Assembly (NCBI GenBank): GCA_964016885.1
Contig: OZ024753.1
Coordinates: 18,910,001 to 18,974,000, forward strand
Reading direction: 5' to 3'
Length of the DNA: 64,000 nucleotides
Source: Eledone cirrhosa
Lineage: Eukaryota
Shown here: positions 55,109-64,000 of the stretch, in pieces
Numbering within the stretch: the first letter of the stretch is position 1
Layout of the letters: each line of letters starts with the position of its first letter
The notes under the pieces: generated by a model
The model's input: only the letters and a program-made list of their open reading frames with translations
The model's database searches: none
What the model was told of the DNA's origin: nothing
Program-made: the position numbers and the translations under genes

Positions 55109-55220
55109 TGCTCTGAGGAAACAGTGGTCACAGCATTGGATATTCGAGTTCTGCAAATACTTGTGAATTTGCACGTAGCGGAACTAGGCTGCAGTACCAC
55201 CGTGGAAACACTTGTAAGCA
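55109..55220 (+). ncRNA. Candidate hammerhead with ~85 nt structured stem II (inverted copy at 52036-52147)
   Basis: TGCT-CTGAGGA-[AACAGTGGTCACAGC...GCTGCAGTACCACCGTG]-GAAAC-ACTT-GTA|AGCA. Confidence 0.65.
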
Positions 55221-55405
55221 CACGGAATAAACTACCTTTTTATGATGTCTACCTGTTATTATTCATTCTTTATATACACTCCGGAATACTGAAGGATCAG
55301 GAACTAGGTTTCTTGAACAATTCTTCCATAGAGTAACCTCTTACCGTACGTCAACCATATCCAGTGTAGTAATTAACCATCACTGCATCTTGGATAATCC
55401 TATAC

Positions 55406-55451
<46 letters not shown>

Positions 55452-55535
55452 AAAGTTAAACAGAAATAGCAACACAATCGGTACACTATATGAAAAGAAT
55501 ATACAATGTTAACGCTTGAAACAGCAGGAAGATGG

Positions 55536-55571
55536 TCTTGACCTTTCGGACGCTAGTCCTTTATCAGAAGA
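55536..55571 (-). ncRNA. Minimal hammerhead, mutated, in repeat ~55449-55620 (family of 1883-1918)
   Basis: Minus: TCTT-CTGATAA-A-GGAC-TAGC-GTCC-GAAAG-GTC-AAGA. Confidence 0.7.
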
Positions 55572-55677
55572 AAGAATGTGAAATAAGATAGATTGAGAGG
55601 ACGGGCAGGTAGGGAGTAGATATCTATATATCTATATATACAAAGAGAGAGAGAGAATGATGAAGAGAGAGAGAGAA

Positions 55678-55726
<49 letters not shown>

Positions 55727-55950
55727 GAGAGAGAGAAAGAAAGAGAGAATGAGAGAGAAATAGATATATATATAGGATGAGTGTTTTTGTAGAGGCGATG
55801 GACATGTGGAGGTGGATATTGGTCATTGGAGCTCTGCATGAAATTGACACAAAGAAACAGATTCGCTGTCGGAACAAACTCCGTCACGCTGCGATGCCTG
55901 AGGGAATGTATGTAGAGTCACACACACAGACAACTACACACATACATAGC

Positions 55951-55981
<31 letters not shown>

Positions 55982-56502
55982 AAAATCAAGATGGCGTAAG
56001 GCAGAACAAAGTAGAGACACAAAATAAGAAATTAGTCACTGCCGAGGTCACAGAATGTGTGATGAACGAGTGTTCACATTAAACAAATAACCAGCCATCC
56101 GGTTAATAAAATAACCAACTGGAAACCTATCAGATATTGAAATGAAAATCAATAATGCGTGTGTATTTCTTGGCCCTTTCCAAAGTGTAACAATATATAT
56201 AAACAGCCATACGTGTAAATTACAAACAGCCCTCATCATCTCTCAATCTCACATGACAAAACATTATTTTGTTTTCTTTTCCTTTCTTACTCTTCATATT
56301 TTATGTCATTTCCTATTTTACCTCTTTTATTTTCACGTATTCTATCTCTTCCATTCTCTACATAGATACAAGTATAGTCTATCTATACCTGGGATACATC
56401 CCATCTCTACATAGATACACTTCTAATGTATATATTCCTGGTGTATATCCCACTCTCTACATCGATACAAATATATTGTATCTATTCCTCTACATAGAGA
56501 CA

Positions 56503-56575
56503 CGTATATTGTAGCCACGTATATTGTAGCCCCGTATATTGTAGCCCCGTATATTGTAGCCTCATATATTGTAGC
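56503..56575. repeat. 15 bp tandem repeat, 5 copies
   Basis: Unit CGTATATTGTAGCCN. Confidence 0.9.
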
Positions 56576-56698
56576 GTTCGTGCAAATGTAATTACTTGTT
56601 TGAATAATTATTAGGAAAACTTGTAGGATTTTAAATGCACGCATAAGAAGAAATTTCACCCACCCGCGTGCGCACACATACACATGCACACGTGTATG

Positions 56699-56756
<58 letters not shown>

Positions 56757-56768
56757 CGCATACTCACA

Positions 56769-56825
<57 letters not shown>

Positions 56826-57094
56826 ATATATATATATATATATATATATAATTTCCAATAGCCGAAATACGATCCTCGCTAATTTATATTTGTATATATA
56901 TATATATATAGTACCGAATAAATATATATATAGTAGCTAATGTGAACAAATGAAGATAATTTTAACCTGTTGACTTACACATTTTGTTTTTATATTACCC
57001 CGGAGTAAATAGACTCACCTGCGCATTTCGTTGAGTGCTCTAACCTGCATACTGAAGTATTGGTAAACAACCAACAAATACTCAACATTATATA

Positions 57095-57266
57095 TTCGGT
57101 AGAGGGTCGGACGCCATGCTTTCCAGCATAGTTACGTCCCTTTACGATCTGAGTTCAAATCCCGCCGAGGTTGACTTTGCCTTTCACCCTCACGGGGTCG
57201 ATAAAATAAAGTACCACTAATGCACTGGGTTATTGCTGGCCTTGTGCCTAAAGTAGAAACAATTAT
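57095..57266 (+). mobile_element. Meta-like SINE (further partial copies at ~48975-49025 -, 58385-58487 -, 58650-58795 +, 59962-60062 +)
   Basis: B-box GTTCAAATCC and family core present. Confidence 0.85.
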
Positions 57267-57747
57267 ATATATACATTTCTACCTACCTATTTCGCCACTT
57301 TCTACTATCACCCCTCTTTCTTCCTCTCCCTCTCACCCCCTCGTCTGACCGTTTAACAGTTCTCTTCTCACTTACCACTGCGGCCATCAGACGTATGTCT
57401 TATTTCCCTCGATTACACAGTCTTGAACTTAAGTTCTATTATCGAGTTTTCTTGGATTTCCTACCTCCAGTTGCTCGCATATTGCTCGGTTTGTAGGGGG
57501 GGGGTTTCGCAGTTTTGTTACTGTTTCTCTTTTCTTCCCCTTTGTTTTCCTTCCCTCCTTCCTTCGTTTTCCCAATAACTTATCCAGTTATTGACGCACC
57601 GGGGTGAAGTGGTATTTTGTCTTTAAAGAGTAGAAATATCCTGAACCCCCAGTAAACAACTGATGAGGACCCCCTCCCCCACATCCCCTGTTCTTGCTTT
57701 CTTCGTAATCCCACTGCATTTTAAGTTAGCTTAAATAGAAACTACAC

Positions 57748-57791
<44 letters not shown>

Positions 57792-58006
57792 TATATATAT
57801 ATAAGGCAGTCACTGAAAGACTGTATGATATAAAACAAAAATAACTTTTACAAACACAGGCCTTTTATTTTTATTATTTTATTTGGAAATATAAGTAATC
57901 TATTTGTTTCAGTATTATGTGTGAAAAACACCCAGGGATGCCCTCAACCTGCAAAAAGAAGTAAATAAAAAAGATTGAAAACGAACAAATTTGTCAGTGA
58001 CCACAC

Positions 58007-58066
<60 letters not shown>

Positions 58067-60307
58067 ATTCATGTTATCTTTAATTTAACTGTTTCAACGC
58101 AGGTCCTTTTAGAACGGGTTAAGGTTGTAACAGAAGATTGTGAATACCGTGTGTGTGTTTATTCATGTTTGTGTTTGTATGTGTAAGCGTACTTTTAATT
58201 CAATTATTTGAGGATATAAGAATTGTCCTCCAAAAATATATGTATATATAACAAAAATAAACAAGGTTTTCTTTAAAGGCACGACATTGATTTACGGCTG
58301 TTTAGTTCCTAGGCAGGAAATTAAAGCTGGATAGTTGTAACTTGTACAATGGTTGTTGTTTGTAACATACGATATCTATTTAATAATTGTTTCTACTTTT
58401 GGCACAAGGCCAGCAATTACCCAGAGCATTACTGGTACTTTATTTTATCGACCCCGTAAGGATGAAAGGCAAAGTTAACCTCGGCGTTTAATAATATAAT
58501 GGAATAATCCCCATCAATATATATTCTGAAATTTCCCTTATTGTTTGAATATATTTCACGAACTTAACAATAATAAATGTCCAGTATATAAATAAGTAAC
58601 CATCATTTATAATATATGAATGTTTTAAAAATATGATATATACTCGCATAATTGGCAGAGTGGTTAGAAGGTCGGATAGAATTCTTTGTGGCATTCGGTT
58701 CGGCTCTCCGCTCTTTAAATCCCACCTAGGTCAACTTTGTATTTCATCCTTTCCAGGTCGATAAATGAAAGTACCACTCAAATACTGCGGTCGAGTCTTC
58801 CTTTATAACTATTTCTCCCTTTCTCTGGGAGAAGTCTGTTGTGTTCAGAACAGGGGAGAAGATGGTTGCAGCCATGTTTGATAAATGCCCTAGAAAGGGC
58901 GTATGTCAATACGGTACCCCTACGAATCCCCCAGGAGTTACGGGAACACCCTGCATGGCTATACGCATTTATTTCGCTTTTATCATGTATTTTATATTCT
59001 TTTATTTTGTCATTTATTTAATTTTACATTTTATTTTCATGTTTCTCTGAAATGTTATGAATTATTCAAAGTGTTAATGCATATAAAGTAATCAAAATTA
59101 AAACAAATCATATTGTGACTGAACCTCCTTGAAACATATTGAATTCTATTTTTCCATATAAGACTTTGCTCCATACTGTCACCAGATTCACACTTAGATA
59201 TCTGCTTGGTAATAATTTAGGATCTATTTACAGATTATTTCAGTTGTATTCGACTAAAATGTAGATTTTGTGTACGTTGGAATTGAATTCAAATGAATTG
59301 TAAAATATCGTTAAAATGATTAGATTGGTACTTCGGTACTAAAATGTTGCAGCATTTCTCATTTACCGTTTAAATATCTAGGAACTTTCTCAGAATTTCC
59401 TTTCATGTATTTTACCACTTTCACTTTTATTTCGTTTTAACATTTACATATATGAAAAAATTACTTTTCTTCATATTGACATCGCTAACGAAATCAAAAC
59501 GTCTTATCTCTCTCTATAAATCTGTCTTTCTTTCTCCCTCTCTCTCTATATATCTTTATCTCTCTATATATACATATGTGTGTGTGTGCGTGTGAGAATG
59601 TGTGTGTGTGTGTGTGTATGGGTGTGTGTACATATAATTATACATATGTATATATATATGTATATATATATATATATTTATATGCGTGTGTATGTTTTCA
59701 TAGATATGCAAAGACAAGGACTCAATGGGCATTGAACACCATATAACAACAAGCACGCCATCTAGCGAGTCCTGTCTCCAATTGATTCGGTTGGACGCGA
59801 GACAAGGTGAGGTCGTGGTTGTTAATAAAACCTTGTTTAATGTCTACCATTGGGTCTCTTTTTTATCTATGAATTATTGAAAAACACGAGTAAACACGAT
59901 TGGAGTTTTGGAATATTACAGCCTCTGCCACAGTTACTATAAGGCATGTGTATGAACATTAGAGGTTAATTTGCCTTTCATCCTTACGGGGTCGATAAAA
60001 TAATGTACCAGTAATGTACTGGTTAATTGCTGGCCTTTTGTCCAAAAGTAGAAACTATTATGACATTAAATACGGGGAGTTTGAAGGCAGAATAATTAAT
60101 ATGCAAAAGAATTGAAGTAATAGGGAGAAATATTTAAATAAGAGCAGCGTCATGTTTTGAAAATAATGTTTGAAAGACTAGCTGACACACACGCACGCAC
60201 GGACGGAATGGGTTACTGCTCGAGATAGGACGATAGACAACGATCTGGGAGCAGCTCCTCATATGTAAGACGGCGGGACACACTCCCATTTACACACGTA
60301 CACATAC

Positions 60308-60388
<81 letters not shown>

Positions 60389-60489
60389 TAGGTACGGCAA
60401 CACTCATCTTTTTCCATTTCTCCGAGGGTTGTAAACCCCACTATCAGGCTAGACATTTCATTAGTCTAAAATACGGTGAAAGCTTATAA

Positions 60490-60527
<38 letters not shown>

Positions 60528-60530
<3 letters not shown>

Positions 60531-61223
60531 CATGTTTCACAAAGGATGGTATAATAGTAAAATAATTAACTAATTAGCAGTGAGTTAATCAACTTTTTCT
60601 GTGTTTATCAATAGGTACCCAGATAAACATGTAAATGTTCATCAAATATTAATTTATACTGCTCAGAAGCGATTCCTAGAGCTGAAATGATTGTAAATGA
60701 CCTCTTTGAGTCTAAACTCTAAGCTATTTATCATTGCTCCCCCAGGTGAGCTGAATTTTGTAATCCCATATAAACGGCTGTTATTTCTAGCGCTATGTGT
60801 GGGACGTTAAAGGACTGGAATAAGCCGTGTGCAAAACCTCGTGTATTTTCGCTACGCTAACCAGACCTTAGATATTTTTCTCAGGTTGAGTTATATTATT
60901 TTTATCTGGGTACCTATTGATAAACACAGGAAAAGTTGATTAACTCTCTGCTAATTAGTTAATTATTTTACTATTATACCATCCTTTGTGAAACATGTTT
61001 GAAGTTTGAAGTTCTGACCGATCTGCGGAAAAAGTTTGTATTTTGAATTTTAAACGTGTCTAGGTACCAAGGCTTTTTGCCCATATGAGTCTGTGAGTAT
61101 TGATTTATTATTTTCTAGATCGTACAGGCAGACCTTATGTTGTTGTATTAAGATTTTTCACTCTAGCGATCTTATTAGTCAATTGCAACTATAACATGTA
61201 AATGTTCATCAAATATTAATTTA
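60528..61223. mobile_element. Non-coding element with a 100 bp inverted arm and a 31 bp direct redundancy
   Basis: 60528-60627 is the reverse complement of 60901-61000 (2 mismatches). 60626-60656 is repeated at 61193-61223. TA flanks. Confidence 0.75.
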
Positions 61224-61312
<89 letters not shown>

Positions 61313-61357
61313 TATATATATATATATAGATATATCGATTTAGATATGTAGATATAG

Positions 61358-61418
<61 letters not shown>

Positions 61419-61427
61419 TAGATATAT

Positions 61428-61551
<124 letters not shown>

Positions 61552-61579
61552 ATAGATATAGATATATATATATAGATAT

Positions 61580-61668
<89 letters not shown>

Positions 61669-62219
61669 ATATATATCGTTTCTGAATTTATTTAGCAAGA
61701 TTCTTTATCTGAAAACGTCTGTTGAAACCCATATTGTTATACTTTGGGAGGGTCATGTTGCCAATAAGAAACACACGCACCACATACTTTCACTTCAATT
61801 TATTATAATAAATTTATAAATTTCCAGTTGATTTCTTGGTTCCACATCCAGATGGTTGTTTATATATTGTCAAAGTTCTTTCGTTACACATTCTGTGATC
61901 TCTTCAGTGACTGGGGGTTCTTTTCTTTGCTTTTTGTGCCTCTCCTTTGTTCTGTCCTACGCCATCTTGTTTTTGTATGTGTGTTGTGTGCTTAGTTTGC
62001 GCATGTGTTACATCCGGGTGTCTGTGTGTGTTTATATTCGTTTATTTATTTGTTTATTTACAAGTTACTGGTTGGTTGTTTGTTCTATGTGCGTGTGTGT
62101 TTTCATTTTGTCCTTAAAGTTGTGATGTTGCTGTTCCACTCATGTTTTCTATTTAATTTTGGTTGTAATTCATTTATGTTTATTTATCTAAACATTGCGT
62201 CTTTTTTGTGTGTAAATTC

Positions 62220-64000
62220 TATTTTTATTTCTATGTTCTCTAATTTAACCTTATGTTCTAGTTTAGCATATTGGTAGCGTACAGATGATTCTTTACTATC
62301 TTGAAGTGTTCATTTATCCGTTCCCCTATGCTACGAGCTATCTCACCTATGTACACTATATATCTCTACATTGTCCTTCAGTACATCTTTTGCTATATAC
62401 TACATTTCTAGTTTTACAGTTAATATGGGGGCTTAATTTACAGATTATACATTATACAAGGTGGTCTTTGAAAAGGGTATGCCTTGCTAATAAGTATTTT
62501 TATGGAGGTACCTGGTCTTTCTCCTATCTTAATATTGAGTTTATGTTTATCTAGGGCCCTTCTAAATTTGTAAGCTAATTCACCTCTAGGGGTTGTATCG
62601 ATGAACATTACACTCTGGTATTTATTGCTATCATACCATGAGTTTATTCTATTATCCTTACTCCTAGTTCTTTCTATTCTATTCCTAAATTTGCTCCTAT
62701 ACAAGGGGCAGGTCCCATTTGTGTCATTATTTACCATTTTTTCCCATTTGGTTCTGGCTCCTCTATATACTCTGATTGTATCTCTCTGATTGTAACCAGA
62801 GAACTGCATACGTGTCTCTCTAGTTCTTCGGGGTTGCACATGCGGGACACGTTTCTCATCACCCGTACCAAATCCGCAATCAGTATGTTGATCTTGGTAT
62901 GGTCAGAAACAGCTGAGTTTCGGTGGATCACATATTTGGAAGTCATAGGTTTGGCATAATGCGAATGGAGGATTTGTTTTTGGTTATTAATGGTATCTAA
63001 CCAGAGCTCTGTGTCTAGTACAGGTAATCGATGGTTGGGGTCTTTGCTTGGATAGTCTATAGTAACTCTAATACTCTGGTGGATGGAATTAGCTATTTGC
63101 TGGATGTTTTCCATTGTGTTTTTCTCTAATTCTTGACTGTTCTCTAGTGGGGGTGTTTTAACTCGATGTTTATATCATCAACGTAGCATTATCAGGGTTA
63201 AGGGTTTGCTGACTTCTAATTGTTCTTTAAGTTTAAGTTTAAGTCTATTGTCCCAACATACAATGACTAGGTTAGCTATGTCACTGCAATGCTAACACAA
63301 ATGGCTGCTCCCTCCTCTTGGGCATATGTTTTTCCATTAAATTTGAACATATGTTCCTTAAGGGTTAATTTTATGTTGGCCCCCACCGCATGTGCAATCA
63401 TTTTCTTTAGTTCATCGTGGTTTTCGAGGGTCCGTATGGCTCTGGTCCACCCGTTCCATCTATCTGTGTGGGTTTTCTTGGCCATTGAGGTAATGGTAGG
63501 TGGTATGCCTCTTGCTGGTCTTGTAGGGCACAGGTTGCTAACGTCATATGTGTGTAGATAATTATTACTATAGGTAAGTTTAAGTAGGAGTCCCAGCTCA
63601 CTGGTATCAATCCCACGGAATTCAACATTGCTGTCACTGATCATTTTTACGCATTTCTCCACAGCAAAATCCACGTCAATAGATGGATACAGGGACACAA
63701 GGGTCACTGCTTGTTTTATGGTCTTTGCGAACCCCATACAACGCTGGCACTTCATTGTTCCAAGCCTGAAAGTTGTTGGAAGTTTTTTTGTTGAGCTGCA
63801 TTATATTTGTCCACACCACCATATGGGCATTGAGGGCTTTTTCTCTATCCTCATGCTCTTGTGGTGTTACTGCTCTTGTGTTATTGATGTGGGTTTGCAT
63901 TGCCTGGATGTAATTTGGCAAACTGTCAACTAGCATTCTGCCAGACTTGTCTGTTGGAAAGCATGCTATCTCTCCATTACGTGAGCGCAGCATGAGCTTA
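62220..64000 (-). mobile_element. Penelope-like element of uncertain clade, decayed, runs off the window edge
   Basis: TDKSG, LYGVRKDHK, VSLYPSI, QEEGAAI, YVDDI, DYPSKDPNHRLPVLD, YAKPM, then CIIC..NCKTRNVVY and YIGEIARSIGERINEH (GIY-YIG) across frameshifts. Confidence 0.85.

Larger units (their letters stand above)
51981..55408 (+). mobile_element. Young Penelope-like element (Nematis-type), 5'-truncated with a 1.1 kb inverted arm
   Basis: About 51981-53100 is the reverse complement of about 54156-55275. The plus-strand body starts at ~53117 and (TA)n lies on both sides. Confidence 0.93.

Noticed and set aside
54953-55336. 127-134 aa ORF present twice (also 51899-52303)
   Set aside because: It is a pyrimidine-rich 3'UTR translation duplicated only because of the PLE inverted arm.
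58865-58960. Structured GC-rich patch (AGCCATG/CATGGCT; ATGCCCT/AGGGCGT)
   Set aside because: Hairpins are present but there is no complete ribozyme core.

Overview
AT-rich animal genomic DNA with no confidently identifiable host gene. The SINE type and microsatellite load suggest a cephalopod such as Octopus (inference). The window is a mosaic of decayed mobile elements embedded in (TA)n microsatellites: four Penelope-like elements (PLEs), RTE-clade LINEs (one near full length, plus a PHD-finger-bearing one triplicated in a ~4.78 kb tandem unit), a Tx1/L1-like 5' end, non-autonomous Helitrons, tRNA-derived SINEs and two minisatellites. The most notable signal is non-coding: at least eight different type I hammerhead ribozyme (HHR) sequence families can be read by eye. 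One is an intact HHR present once per unit in a 4.2-copy, 472-476 bp tandem array (18442-20410), which has the architecture of a retrozyme (self-cleaving, circRNA-forming non-autonomous retroelement). One fold-back junction maps to a predicted HHR cleavage site and two others lie close to one. Most ORF-track entries (YI/HT/RE repeats) are microsatellite artefacts. All RNA structures were paired by hand, no database search was run, and element boundaries are approximate.
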